Shown: positions 51,230 through 64,000 of the stretch, piece after piece
Layout: each line of letters opens with the position of its first letter
Numbering within the stretch: the first letter of the stretch is position 1
Origin: Mobula hypostoma
Taxonomy: Eukaryota
Direction: 5' to 3'
Length of the DNA: 64,000 nt
Assembly: GCF_963921235.1 (NCBI RefSeq)
Contig: NC_086097.1
Span: forward strand, 8,060,001-8,124,000
Translations under genes and position numbers: made by a program
The notes under the pieces: generated by a model
Told to the model about the DNA's origin: nothing
Database searches by the model: none
What the model saw: the letters and a program-made list of their open reading frames with translations, nothing else

Positions 51230-51650
51230 AAATTTCTAGTGATAGTAAATGAGGACATACCCTCCTGAAGAAATCGAGATGCTGGTGAGTTTCCTTTGGC
51301 ATGGTGTCAACGTGGCTGGATTGGATAGGCTATTCGTGATGTTCACTCTAAGGAACGTGAAACTCTCAAAGTTCTCATCCTCTACACTAGAGATGTAAAC
51401 AGGAACATGTGCACCGTCCTCATTCCTACTGTCAATTACCAGCTCTTTTGTTGATATTAAGGGCAAAGGTTGTTGTCATGACACCATGTCACTAGGCTCT
51501 CTATCTCCTTTCTGTACGCTGACTCGTTATTTGAGATAGAGTCCACTATAATGTCATCATCTACAAATCTGTCAATAGAATTAGAGCAGAATCTGGCAAT
51601 ACAACTGTGCGTGTACAGGGAGCAACGTAGAGGATGACCTCTGAGCACAC
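51230..51650 (-). mobile_element. Rex1/Babar RT fragment
   Basis: RFVDD..ESAYRKEIESLVTWCHDNNL; KELVID. Confidence 0.85.
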
Positions 51651-52475
51651 TTGAAGAAGTACTCCATCACCTTGGAAACATTTTCTGGAATCCAGGATTC
51701 GAGATAGGTGTTACAGGAATTAAAGCAGCAAACTTTCTATTGCAGGAACTCAATCGGATAAGCAGGATCTGTTGGGGTAAGGAATTACCAACATTTTAAT
51801 TCAAAACCCTGCAGCAGGACATGCAAAGCAAAGCACATAAATTATCAAAAACTGTACAAATTATACACATTGAAATTTGTCTGCTTATAGGCAGCCACAA
51901 AACAAGAAACTCAAATAACCCAATTAAAAAAAGAACAAAACCCACCAGGCAGAGGAAGGGGGAGAAAGAAAATTACATCCTGCAAACAACAGAAGCAAGG
52001 CAACTGCATTCTGTGCCAGACTGAGTTCCAGATCTGCACCCAAGCAGCCAAAGCAGGTCCAAGCCAAGCCTCGGTCCCCAGTTTTCACACCAGGGGTGCA
52101 GAAGCATACAGCGGCTAGTTCAGTTCACAGCTTCGGCACTGCAGAGAAAGGAATGAATATTCACGGGACAGCGAACGAAATCAGTCCAATTCCTGCGTTC
52201 GTACCCATCACTAGGGCTTCCATTCTATTTGTGCCAGCACTTAAATTATCGAGGCACTGAGTAGTGCCACATTCTAGAATCCGGATCCCAGTGCCCCGAT
52301 ATGCCTTGGCGGCCCTGCTCGAAGTTGTTATCCGTGTCACCAAATCGGCTGGGAACTTGGAGCGATCCAACCTCGCACCCGGGTCAGTTGGATGAGCATC
52401 AACACTCTTCCTCATCAACTCCTCTACAAATCACTCTGATACCAACTCTGTCTACAAACCCAGCAGCTTGAACAC

Positions 52476-52959
52476 GTAAACACGAGGAAATCTGCAGATG
52501 CTGGAATTTCAAGCAACACACATAAAAGTTGCTGGTGAACGCAGCAGGACCGTCAGCATCTGTAGGAAGAGGTACAGTCGACGTTTCAGGCCGAGACCCT
52601 TCGTCAGGACTAACTGAAATAAGAGCTAGTAAGAGATTTGAAAGTGGGAGGGGGAGGGAGAGGGGGAGATCCAAAATGATAGGAGAAGACAGGAGGGGGA
52701 GGGATGGAACCAAGAGCTGGACAGGTGATTGGCAAAAGGTATATGAGATGATCATGGGACAGGAGGCCCAGGGAGAAGGAAAAGGGGGAGGGGGGAAAAA
52801 AACCAGAGAATGGGCAAGGGGTATAGTGAGGGGGACAGAGGGAGAAAAAGGAGAGAGAGAAAAAGAATGTGTGCGTATGTAAATAAATAACGGATGGGGT
52901 ACGAGGGGGAAGTGGGGCATTAGCGGAAGTTTACGAGGGGGAGGTGGGGCATTAGCGGA
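52476..52959 (-). mobile_element. Penelope 3' UTR with intact hammerhead and probable 11-bp TSD
   Basis: AGCTTGA(A/T)CAC at 52465 and 52960; AACTTCCGCTAA (NFR*) ORF end duplicated at 52901-52960. Confidence 0.9.
52575..52612 (-). ncRNA. Minimal type I hammerhead ribozyme motif
   Basis: UAGUC-CUGACGA-AGG gucucgg CCU-GAAA-CGUC^GACUG. Confidence 0.82.
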
Positions 52960-53689
52960 AGCTTGATCACTTTGCACTTTGAAATGCCCCAGCAAGGCTC
53001 ATCCTCCAAACCAGCTTCACCTCTGCCTGCTTTCTCACTGTCTGCGGTGATAGTACACCACAATTTGCTTCATGAAAGATGTTATAAGTTACTTTTTAGT
53101 CGATTCTCCTGTCTTATGATTTACCAGTAAGCTGTCGCACATCTTGGCTAGCGCCATCTTAAACCAGCAGAGTGAACAACCCAGCATTTCTATCCCTTTC
53201 TGTCAGGGCATTAATTGCCAAAGGATCAGATTTAGTGAATTCACCTTCTTCGTTAAGGAGTTATTTTGTAACTAGGTATTTTTATTTTCTTATTCAACTC
53301 CTATTGTAGGTGAAAATAATTCAGAGTGACATTGGAGAAATTTTACTCGAGAGAAGCTGTGTGGCCCATTCTTACAGTACTGGCGTCATCTGAGTGCCAT
53401 TTAATCTCACGTCTTTTGACTTCCTGTGTGATCGGTCGTATTTTTCTCTTCTGATTACTAAATATAATGGTTGGATGAGCTTCAGTGACAGTTGTTTTGA
53501 CTGGAAGATTTGCAAAGGTTGGATGAAAAATTATTTTATTCGAAGAATTTTAAGAGAGAGCCTTAGCACTTCTAAAGGTTAAACAGTTGTATATTAACTC
53601 TGACACCTAATTTCTCCACACTCATATCACCATTTTTTTCGAGGACATTTTGTATATTTGCAGTTTAAATTTATGTATTCAACCACTTG

Positions 53690-54170
53690 CAGTCAGAGTG
53701 TATTCTAACTGGCTGCGTCACTGTCTGGTATGCGACAGGGGGAGGGGGACCACTGCACAGGGTCAAAGTAAGCTGCAGAAAGTCGTGAATTCCATCATGG
53801 GCACTCACCTCACCAGCATCCAGGACATCTTCAGGCAGCAATGCCTCAAAAAGGCGGTGAACTTCGTTAGGGACCCCCATCACTCGGGACATGCCCTCTT
53901 CTCCTTGCTAACATCAGGAAGGAGGTGCAGGAGTCTGAAGGCACACATTCAATCATCCAGCAGCAGCTGCGTCTCCTCTGCCATCAGATTTCTGAATGGA
54001 CATTGATCCCACGAATACTACCTGACTACTTTTTTGCATTACTTATTGAACTATTATATATATATACCTGTGTAATTCACAGTTTTGTTATTATACATTG
54101 CATTATACTGTTGCCACAAAAACAACAAATTTCACGACATATGCCAATGATATTAAAGTTGATTCTGGTT
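53690..54170 (+). mobile_element. Rex1/Babar-type 3' fragment
   Basis: KLQKVVNS..DPHHSGHALFSLLTSGRR. Confidence 0.82.
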
Positions 54171-54691
54171 CCGACCACTTTGGTTTAAGGCAGATTAAAG
54201 ACCAATGTATAAGCTTTTAACATTTATCAAACATCATCGTTTAAAAAAGGTCAAGGAATAGAGCAGTATGATTGGTTTACAAAGAAATGTTCATTGCTGT
54301 AGGTATCACAGTATAGTTACGTGAGCCGTGGCAGGATAATTTTAGTAAAGTAGTCAACGATGATATGTTCACTGTAGTTAGAAATGGTCTTCTTCTCAAG
54401 CTGATTGCGGTGTAAGACAAGACCAAATGAAGAATTCATCTCAAAGGCCACTCAATGAATGATGCAGCACTAAATTGAGCTGAATTGAATATGCCTGGAC
54501 TCTTTCGATTTTGTGTTTTATATTCTGTTTTTCGCTCCATTTTTGCTGTTTGTGCATGGGCAGGTGGAGTTTAATGTTTTTCTTTGAATAGGTTCCATGT
54601 TTTTCTTTGTTTTGTGGCTGTCTGTGGGAAGACAAATCTTAGGGTTGTATACGGTATACATACTTTGATGATAAATGTATTTTGAATCTTT

Positions 54692-55245
54692 GGTTCCTTA
54701 AAGTTATCGTAGCAGGGTGAGATAGTGAGTATAAGCTCCCTCTGCCTATTAAATGCTCCCAATGTCATGTGTCTCAAAGACCCTCTGACAACCAAGTCCA
54801 GCTGCTGGCCTTCACGAGTGACTTAGCTACTAAGCCTGGTGGACCCGATCTACTGACAGATTACTGATGCCTTAAAAGTAGTTGATTCAGGCAGATGGGG
54901 TTCATCAGTTCTGGTTAGTAGCTCATGTAGAAGGAGGAAAACTCTGATCTCAAATATCTGCTGCCTTGGGGCTATAAACATTCATGGAGAAGGCATTGGG
55001 AGTACACCCTTATGAAAAATCCAGAGCTGGAATCCCTAAGGTAGTCCTACGTTGAGTTCAACACTGTGCGGCAACTCCTGTGATGCTGATGGTGCCAAAA
55101 TATTTCAGTCTCTGCTGTTCCTTTGGATTTATCGGCTGCGAGGACAGGGGGAGGCTCCTACATGGGCAAAAGCTTGCTCTCCATATCATACTGCTCTGGC
55201 TTACGTATCAACTTTGATCGCTAAGATGCAACCCCACCAATGGAG
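54692..55245 (+). mobile_element. Family 1 HDV-like-headed element
   Basis: Starts GGTTCCTTAAAGTT; CTG-GCC-TTCACG..CTTAGCTACTAAG..GGT-GGACCC-GATCTA-CTGA-CAG. Confidence 0.8.
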
Positions 55246-55734
55246 AGTCTCCTTCCCTTACCTTTATCTGTATCCCAGCTAACATAATATATTGATTCAT
55301 TTTGCAGGCCTGACCTCATTTGGATACCAGAGGCAAAAACAATAGGTTTTGCATTGCTTTGCAAAAAAAGATCTGTTGAATCATTCTTCTGTTTTACCTT
55401 TCCTTTTACAGAGTTACTCTCAGACTACACAGAAACACACACTGCATCGGTGCTGAACATCGAGCACTATGTATTTGCACTTATACCATACTTTTTCACT
55501 CACCCCAATCTATCTAATCACCCTGAACTGCCCAAGTTCCCATATCGCACCGACACACAGGGGTAAATTAGAGTTGCCTGTACAACATAAGCACAAGAGA
55601 TACTGCAGATGCTGGAAATACTGAACAACACACACACGCACAATTCTGGAGGAACTCAGCAGATCAGGTAGCATCTGTGGAAATTAATAAGCATTTTTTT
55701 TTGCATTTTAATCTATCAGTAAATCAATTTAGAC

Positions 55735-56052
55735 ATTTCCAAGGGTTGGAATGTCTAATACCAGAGGGCATGCATTTAAGGTGAGGGGGATAATTTCAAA
55801 GGAGATGTGAGGGGCAAGTTTTCTACACAGAGTGGTGGGTGTCTGGAATACAGAGCCTAGAGCAGATGCATTAGAGACTTTTAAGGGACTTTTAGATAGC
55901 CACATGAATGTGAAGGAAAATGGAAGGGTATGGATATTGTGTAGGCAGAAGGGATTTGTTTAATTGGCCATTTGATTACTAATTTAATTGGTTCAGCATA
56001 ACATTGTGGGCTGAAGAGCCTATATTTGTGTGGTACTGTTCTATGTTCTATA
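55735..56052 (+). mobile_element. CR1 3' end
   Basis: ACCAGAGGGCATGCATTTAAGGTG..GTTCTATGTTCTA. Confidence 0.85.
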
Positions 56053-56434
56053 GACACATCTTTTGAGGATGCTAAGGAAACCGAACTACTCAGAGAAAAC
56101 ATGTTGTCACTGGGAGAGCACGCAGGCTCCACACAGACATGACTGGAAGTCATGATTTAACCTGGGTCACAGGAGTTGTGAGACATCTGGGCCACGAGAA
56201 GTACCATTGTGTCATCCTGATCTCCTCCCTACCCACAATATCTGGACATTCACTGTTGTATTATACAAGTATTAATTTCGTGGAAGGAGATCTTCTGTCT
56301 GTCTAACCGTATGACTGCAGAGGATCCAAAAGAGCTGCAGGAAGTTGAGAACCCAGTCAGTTCCACCACGGACCTAGCCTCCTCAGTACTGAGACCATCT
56401 TCAACAGGCGATGCATCAAAAAGGTGATATCCAT

Positions 56435-56730
56435 CTTTTCTATTTATTTATTTATTGGGATACAATGCAGAATAGGCCCTCCCAGCCCTTCAAGCCACTT
56501 AGCACAACAATCACCCGCTTTAATCCTAGCTTGATCACTGGACAATTGACAAGACCAATCAGCTTACTAACTGGTATGTCTTTGGATTGTGGAAGGAAAC
56601 CAGGGCACTTGGAGGAAACCGTGTGGTCACGGGGAGAACGTACAAACTCCTTCCAGGCAGCAGCGGGAATTGAACCTGAGTCGCTGGTACTGTAAAGGGT
56701 TGTGCTAACCATTACGGTACCATGCCACCC
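56435..56730 (-). mobile_element. HE1/V-SINE-like SINE inserted in a Rex1 fragment (56300-56860)
   Basis: Head, central domain and (AAAT)n tail on the minus strand. Confidence 0.85.
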
Positions 56731-56919
56731 CATCACCTCCAGTAAGGACCGCCATCACTCACAGGAGCCTAAAGACACACACTCAAAATTTTAGGAACAG
56801 CTTCTTCCCCTCTGCCATCAGATTTCTAAATGGTGCTTGAACCCATGAACACTGCCTCATGATATTTTCTCATTATTTTGTTCTGTTTTGGCACTGCTCA
56901 CTGTGTTTGCTCGGGTGAC

Positions 56920-58490
56920 AGGCACAGAGTCTATAGATGTGAAACAATACAGCAGTAAGATCATGGACCCTATACAGATTACAGATGAGGAAATGTTTGC
57001 CGTCTTGAGGCAAATTGGGGTGGATAACAGCCCAGAGCCTGACAAGGTGTTCTCTCAGACCCTGTGAAGGATAGTACAGAAATCGTAGAGATATTTAAAA
57101 CATTCTTAGCCACAGGTGAGGTGCTGGATGATTAGAGGATAGCTAATGATGTTCCATTGCTTAAGGGAGGTTCTAAGGATGTCAGGGATTCTTAGACTGG
57201 AGAGGCTGATATCAGTGGTGGGAACGTTATTGGAAAGTATTCTAAGGGACAGGATACATAAGCATTTGGAAAGACCAGGACAAGTGTTTTTGTGTGTAGT
57301 AACTTATGTCTAACCAAACTTAAAGATATTTTTGAAAACATTACCAAGATAGTTGATGAAGGCAAGGAAGTGGATGTTTTCTACATGGACTTTAGCAAGA
57401 CCATTGACAAGCTCTTGCATGGAAGGTTGGCCAAGAATGTGCAATCGCTTGGTATTCATGATGAGGTAGTAAATTAGCTTTGAGGAAGACGCAGAGCGTG
57501 GTCGTAGATGGTTGCTTTTCTGACTGGAGGTCTATGATTGGTGCTTTGCAGCAGCGATCGATACTAGGCTGTTACGTCTTGTCATCTATATCAACGATCT
57601 GGATCATAATGTGGTAAACTGAGTCAGGAAATTTGCAGATGACACCAAGATTAGGGGTGTAGTGGACCGTGAGGAAGGCAATCATTGCTTGCAGCGGAAT
57701 TTGCATCAGCTGGAATAATGGGCTGAAAAATGAAAAATGGAATTTAATGCAGACAAGGGCAAAGTTTTGCACTTCGATAGGACTAACCAGGGTACGTCTT
57801 ACACAGTGAATGATAGGACACTGACGAGTGTAGTAGAACAAAGGGATCTGGTAACACAGGTCCATAATTTGTTGAGAGTGGTGTCATAAAGAAAGTGAAA
57901 GATAGGGTCATAATGAAAGCTTTTGGCACATTGGCCTTCATAAATCAATGTACTGAGTAAAGGAGTTGGGATGTTAAGTTGAAATTGTATAGGACGATGA
58001 TGAGGCCTAAATTGGAGTATTGTTTGCAGTTTTAGTCACCTACCTACAGGAAACATGTAAATAAGTTTGAAAGAGTGCAGAGAAAATTTACAAGGATGTT
58101 ACCAGTACTTGAGGACCTGAGCTATAGAGAAAGGACTATTCCCCACGATCTGGAAGATTGAGGGGAAATGTAATAGAGGTATACAAAATCATGCGGGGTA
58201 TAGATAGGGTAAATTGAAACAACCTTTTTCCACTGAGGTTGGGTGAAACTAGAACTAGAGATCATGGGTTAAGGGTGAAAGGTGAAAAATTTAATGGGGA
58301 CACGAGGAGAAACTTTGTCACTCAGAGGTTGTGAGAGTGTGAACAGGCCACCAGTGCAAGTGGTTGGTGTGAACTCAATTTCAATGTTTAAGAGCAATTT
58401 GGATAGGTGCATAGATGGGAGGGGCACGGGGGGCTGTGCCAATGGGACTAGGCAGATTAATGGTTCAGTTCAGACTCGATGGGCCGAGGG
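56920..58490 (+). mobile_element. CR1 LINE, heavily decayed RT
   Basis: VDVFYMDFSKTIDK; AAATTTGCAGATGACACC (KFADDT). Confidence 0.9.
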
Positions 58491-60729
58491 AAGGGGGAAG
58501 GCAGTCACCCCTCTATCAGATCTATCAGCTTCTAATGCTCCAGCAGGAAAATGGCCCCTGCCTGTCCAGTAGCTGCATATAACTCATTCCCTCTTGTCCT
58601 CTTAACAACTCTGTGATCTTTTTCTGCACTCTTTCCAACTTAATGACGTCTATTCTATAACTAGGTTCAAAGTTCAAAGTCAAATTTATTATCAGAGTAC
58701 ATACATGTCACCACATAAAACCCTGAGAATCTTTCTCTTGCGGGCATTGTCAACAAGCCTACAGAATAGTAGCTGTAGGCAGGATCAATGAAAGAGCAAG
58801 AGCACAGAAGACAACAACCAGTTAAAATGCAACAACAGAATAAATAAATAGCAATGAATAATGAGAGCATGAAGTAACAAGATAGAGTCCTTAAAGTGTG
58901 ATCATTGGTTGTGGAAACATCTCAATAGATGAGTGCAGTTATCTTCTTTTGCTCAAGAGCCTGATGGTTGAGGGGTAGTAACTGTTCCTGAACCAGAACT
59001 ACATACAATATGCCAAGTGTGCTCTCGCCAACATCTTGTGCAGTTGTAATATGGCATTCAAATTCTTTTACTCAATGCCCTGACTGATTAAATGTTGATT
59101 TGTGAAAACTAAAAGTAATTCGCAGCCAATAAAACACTTTAGAAAAGTGGTCATAGTTGTGGTGTGAAAGAATTCTGCACAGCAAGCTCCCACAAACAAG
59201 GTGAAAATAGAATTATTTCCCTAAACACTTAACAGAAACATTTTGCAATGACTTACTGCTTCTACTTTTAAAGGTTATTGCTGCTAACATGTTTATTCTG
59301 GTATAATACTCAGGGTTGACTGCATCTCATATATTAAAACATTGAAATGCATGTGATTTTAGAAATTTGCCCTTTGATACTTGCATTGAACACAGATTAA
59401 TGTTTCAGCATTGAACTCTGCTTCTGAAGTTGGTGCTCTTTGACTTCAGTGGATTTTTTCCTTGGTATTTAGAATTTATTTCACTTTTGGAATATGCAAT
59501 TTAGAGAGAATTTCTACTCCCATGTTTGGTAGCAAATGTCTTCCAATGGAATAGATTTTGGCTGTGATCAGAGGCACTCATCTTTCCTCTGTCACAGCAT
59601 TTATGCCTTTATCTGGAAAGTTGATCCTGTTCACGGTAATCTGCAATATTTATAAGGAACATGGGTAGGCGGAGCATTACAAATCAAGGAAAGATATTTT
59701 AAAAAAATGACATGTACATGCATGAGAGTAAAAATTTCCAAGGAATTGTTGCAACTTTGATTGAAGTTACTGGAGAGACACTGAAATTAATGATATTCAT
59801 CACAACAAGCAGGCATTCTCCTGGAGGTACTCTCCGAAGAGAATCACAAACTCAGAACTAAATCACATTTTATACCCTTCAGACCAATAGGTGAAGTAAT
59901 ACAGTTTCTATAGTTATAACAACATTATTTGCTTCAACACTTTGTATTGACAATGCTTCCATTAAATTGCATATCTACACAGGGAGACATCTCTGAATGT
60001 TCAAATACCTTGTCTGAAACAAACTAATTGCAAGCTTCCTGACCTTACACATGGTTGCAAGTTAATTAAGCCTTTAGTTGCCTGGATTGATGCATACCAA
60101 TTAACGTAACCCCATTATTTTAACATTTGGGTGATGCAGAGGCAATCTTTAATCTGTGGACCAGCTGCACCACCCAGCAATACTCCAATTTTACCCTAGC
60201 CCCACAGGACAAGATACAATGACCAATTAAACCTTAGATACAGCCCACAACAGTGTTGTCATCTGCAAATGATTGGAGCCATGCTTAGTCATACAGTTGT
60301 AAGTGTAAAGGGAATAGAGCAGTGGGCTGAGCACAAAGCCTTGTGCTACTTAGAACCACCACCTTGTCTTTAGAACAGCAATTAAGAAGAATTTCTTCAG
60401 ATAGAAGGTGGAGAATCTGTAGAATTCTTTGACATGGACAGCTGTGGAGGCCATTGAGTAAATATAAAGTGGAGGTCGATAGGTTCTTGATTTGTCAAGG
60501 TGCCAAAAGTTATGGGGAAAAGTCAGGGAAATGGGGTTATAAATCAGCCATGTTGGAATGAATGACAGAGCAGACTCGATGGGCCGATGGGCCTAATTCT
60601 GCTCCTAAATGTGATGGTGTTATGGTCTAATCAGCAGTGGAAAGGGGCTGAAGCCAGAATAAGTGGGGATGGGGGAGGAGTACCAGCTGGTAGGTCATAG
60701 GTGAGGGGTAATGTGAGTGGTGGAGGGGG

Positions 60730-60972
60730 CGTATGATGTAAGAAGTTTGAATGTCCTCCCAGTGGAATGCAAGGGTGTCCACCGGGTACTCCAGTTTCCT
60801 GCCACAGTGCACAGACGTACTGTTTATTAGTTTAATTGGTCATTGCAAACAATCCTGGGATTAGTCTAGGGTTGAAACTGTTTGCTGGCTGTATAGCTCG
60901 AAGGGCCAGAAGGACTTAATCCCAGCTGTATCTCGAAATAAAAATAAACAAACAAACAAACAAATAAATAAA
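60730..60972 (+). mobile_element. HE1/V-SINE-like SINE
   Basis: Conserved central domain and (AAAC/AAAT)n tail. Confidence 0.75.
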
Positions 60973-60979
60973 TGTTTAA

Positions 60980-63880
60980 GGTTCCTTAAGGTTGTTAGAG
61001 CCGTGAGTGGTAATGCGGATAAGCTCACACTACCCATTCAATGCTCCCGATGGTATGTGCCTCAAATAGCCTCTGACAACCAAGACCAGCTCCTGACCTT
61101 CACGTGTGATTTAGCTACTAAGCCCAGCAGAATCATTTCTACTGACAGGAGAAGGGGCAAAGGCAGGTTGGTGGCACCTTAAAACCAATTGCTTTGGGCA
61201 GATGGGGCTTGTCAGCCGTGGCTGGCAGCTCATCTAGGAGAAGAAAAACTCTGATTTCAAATCTCCGCTGCCTTGCAGCTGTACCCACCAGGACCGGATT
61301 AAGCTAGCGCAGGGCCTGTAGTGTATGTTATAAAGGGGCCCTAAATTAAAAAACGCACATAAGTATTATAACATAAATTATTTACTTGCATAGTAAAGTA
61401 ATTCAATTTTTTCATTTGCTATACAGCCAGATAATACGACAAATGTCTGTCACTTCAGTAATAGTATTGCTTACATGTAGGTATCAATTTCAAATGTCAA
61501 AAGTAACAAAACTACAATTTAAAAGTTAGATTTTCTAGATTTAGCATGAGCAAACTTGTTGATGATACTGGAAATGTCTATTTCACGCAGAAGTTCATGT
61601 TCAATGCTCATTAGATGAGATTGTTCAATCTGTTCTGACCCATGGTGCTCCTTAGTTCAATTTTAAAATGAGCGTTCTCCACTGCAGTTGGTAACCATGA
61701 GTGACAAATAGATGCGCAAGGCATTTTCTACATTTGGAAAACATGACTCCAAAGAATTGTCAGTTATCAAACTGTACAACTGTAACTCTACAAGGTCTTG
61801 TTTGGCGCCAATATGAGAAGTAAGATCAGTTTTCAACAGTTCAGTAAACTGCACAACTTCTTCATTAAGACTTTCTTCCAGATCTTCCGGATATGATTTA
61901 ATAAGATTTGATGACCTCTTTACGATCTCTTCAGGTGTAAACGACTGTAACTGATGAAGGAATCCAAAAACACCATTCACCTTTAGATAAGCTTTCTGTC
62001 TTTTTGACAGGGCAGAAAGCAAGCTGTCAATAATTTCAAGAAATGTTCGGCTTTTAAACTTCTGAGAAGGCGTTCGAGATTCACCAAGTGGATCAAGAAT
62101 GCTGGAACCACTGAAATTATTACATGCGTGATTTTGCTTGTGTTTTCTTCAAGTTTGCTGTTGATAATCTTCACACTTAGTCAGGTCCTTGGCTTTTTGC
62201 TCAATGTCTAAAAAAGTAGACCGCATAGCTTGAATATATCCATGCAAGGATTCATAGAGTGCACAAGCTATGTTCAAGTCTTGGCCCGAAGATTGCAAAG
62301 AAGCACTGGTCATTTGAAAACGCTGTAATACTTGATCCCACAATATGACCATTATTCCTGTTTCCAACTTCATCATGGTTGAAGGTAGTCCATGAGCCTG
62401 TTGTCGACACTCTGCCTTCTGATCATTGTTATTTGAAATGTCATCCAAGACTTGTTTTATTGCAGAAAAGCTGTGTAAAAGTGCTTTTGTTGCATCTGCA
62501 CGAGCTGACCACCTGGTATCTGACCTTCTTTTCACAATGAGCAAATGAGCACCACCATCAGATAATGCAGCAGAAAGGAGATCCCACCGATAAGTAGAAG
62601 CAGAAAAAAAATGTGTACAGGCTTTCTACAAATTGAAAGAAAATTAATGCTTTTTGACAACATTCAGCAGTACATTTTCCAACCAAATTTTGTGAATGTG
62701 CAAAACATGGAATGTAATCCACAAACTCATTCAGCTCTTTAGTTCATGCTTGTAAGCCACAATACTTGCCACTCCTGTTGCTGGCATTGTCATAACTTTG
62801 ACCACGGCAGTCTTTTATATCAACGTCATTTTCCTTTAAAAAGTCAAGCAAACTTTGAGCGAGCTGTTCAGCACTATGACCTTCTATAGAGTCCCCCGAC
62901 ATGAAAACAACAGCGTTGCCAGATTGTCGTTGTTGTGGCCTGGATAAAATCACAAAGCATTGCGTTAGCAATAGGTACAAGGCAGTTACTTTATTCGACA
63001 AAACAAGGTTACAGCAGGCAGAGACCCCTGGCAGAACAGGTCTAATCGCCTTGTGATTGAGGCTCGGTATTTATTTGCTAAACACAAAGGACAGTTCACA
63101 GTTACAAGTATAGACAATTCTTTGAAGTTTTCACATCTTTTGATAAAATTCATTCTACTGGTGCCAGTATGCCTAAGCTGGCATTCATGGCCTTTAGGAA
63201 TGCAAGTTAAAATCAATAATACATTATTTGGTATGTTATGTGCTAACATAGAGGACAAATCATATTCAAAAACCATAGATATGGTGTCTTCGCAACTACC
63301 TGTAAACTTAGCATTCTTGTCTCAGAGGTGCCAGAGATGCATTGTTACAAATGAAACTGGGTTCACAGCTTTTAGGAAATGCACTGTTATGAACTCAATC
63401 CAAGTACTTTGTCAAAGAACAGAAAACAGATGGCTGAAGTCATTTATTTAAGTGTAAATGAATCGTCTACCCAAAACTCACTCTAACAGTTGTGAGAATA
63501 CGGTGAGATGCCGCTTTCACCAGACTGCAGCTTGCAAGCATTTAGTGCGGGTGGGGTGCGCGAAAAAGCTACTTTTGCTACGAGGTTAATCTGGCCCTGA
63601 TACCCACCGACAGAGAAGGCATTGGGAGTAAACCCCAAGCCAAAATCCAGAGCTGGAGTCCCTAAGGCAGTCTAACAATGTTGACTGGGAACTCCTGCGA
63701 CGCTGCTGGTACTATACTGTATCAGTCTCTGCCATTTCTTTGGATTCATCAGATGCACGGAGAGAGGGAGCTTTCTACGTGGGCAAAAGCTTGCTCTCCA
63801 TTTTGTACTGCCGTGGCTTGTGTATCAGGACAGCTAGGACACAACATCCATGGTCAACTCTGAGCGACGGAGACCTGACA
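60980..63880 (+). mobile_element. Family 1 HDV-like-headed element (60980-61288 and 63600-63880), split by a hAT
   Basis: Starts GGTTCCTTAAGGTTG; core 60980-61151 with CpG decay; sequence resumes after the hAT. Confidence 0.85.
61289..63599 (-). mobile_element. hAT (Tip100/ZMYM1-like) DNA transposon with decayed transposase
   Basis: TIRs CAGGACCGGATTAA and TTAATCTGGCCCTG; TSD (G/A)TACCCAC; CRGQSYDNASN, SDTRWSAR, FPNV..ALRIYLSL.VTNCSGERSF. Confidence 0.95.
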
Positions 63881-63889
63881 TATGTATAA

Positions 63890-64000
63890 GATGCTGGGAC
63901 GTGACAGGTGAGATAAGGTGAGGAAGAAGGTGGGTGGCTGAGGGGGAATATAAAAAGCATGGGAGTGATAGGTGAAAGAGGTAAAGGACTACAGCAGAAG
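63890..64000 (-). mobile_element. Penelope-like 3' UTR fragment
   Basis: Resembles the reverse complement of 43180-43300. Confidence 0.55.

Noticed and set aside
53280..53400. Strong-looking splice acceptor as a coding exon
   Set aside because: All three frames hit stops quickly and no convincing donor precedes them
59745..60125. Possible minus-strand ERV-like solo LTR
   Set aside because: TGTT..AACA ends and a TATA-like motif are present, but no matching TSD
63053..63451. 132-aa ORF inside the hAT
   Set aside because: No recognisable motif; probably spurious
1..64000. CRISPR arrays, operons or prokaryotic defence systems
   Set aside because: Vertebrate repeat landscape with no regularly spaced repeat-spacer array and no intact gene clusters

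Overview
Repeat-dense vertebrate DNA, intronic or intergenic, with no recognisable host exon. The repeat repertoire suggests a cartilaginous fish, probably a batoid ray (inference): CR1 LINEs with (CTATGTTT)n tails, HE1/V-SINE-like tRNA SINEs, Rex1/Babar-type LINEs and Penelope-like elements. The identifiable ORFs are decayed transposon fragments: CR1, Rex1/Babar, R4/Dong-like, Penelope GIY-YIG, Gypsy, Tc1, Tigger4/Zombi-like and hAT. The most interesting signal is non-coding and consists of two candidate self-cleaving RNA systems. (1) Two families of non-coding RTE-like elements carry HDV-like ribozyme folds at their 5' ends. Family 1 has four copies starting at the predicted cleavage site, a CPEB3-like L3/P1.1, a hairpin inserted in L3 and almost no P4. 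Family 2 has one copy. (2) Penelope 3' repeats carry minimal type I hammerheads with a loop-less palindromic ACGU stem III, often as head-to-head inverted pairs. A tRNA-headed SINE shares its 3' half with the HDV-headed family. All folds were read by eye and are untested. Boundaries without a stated TSD or TIR are approximate.
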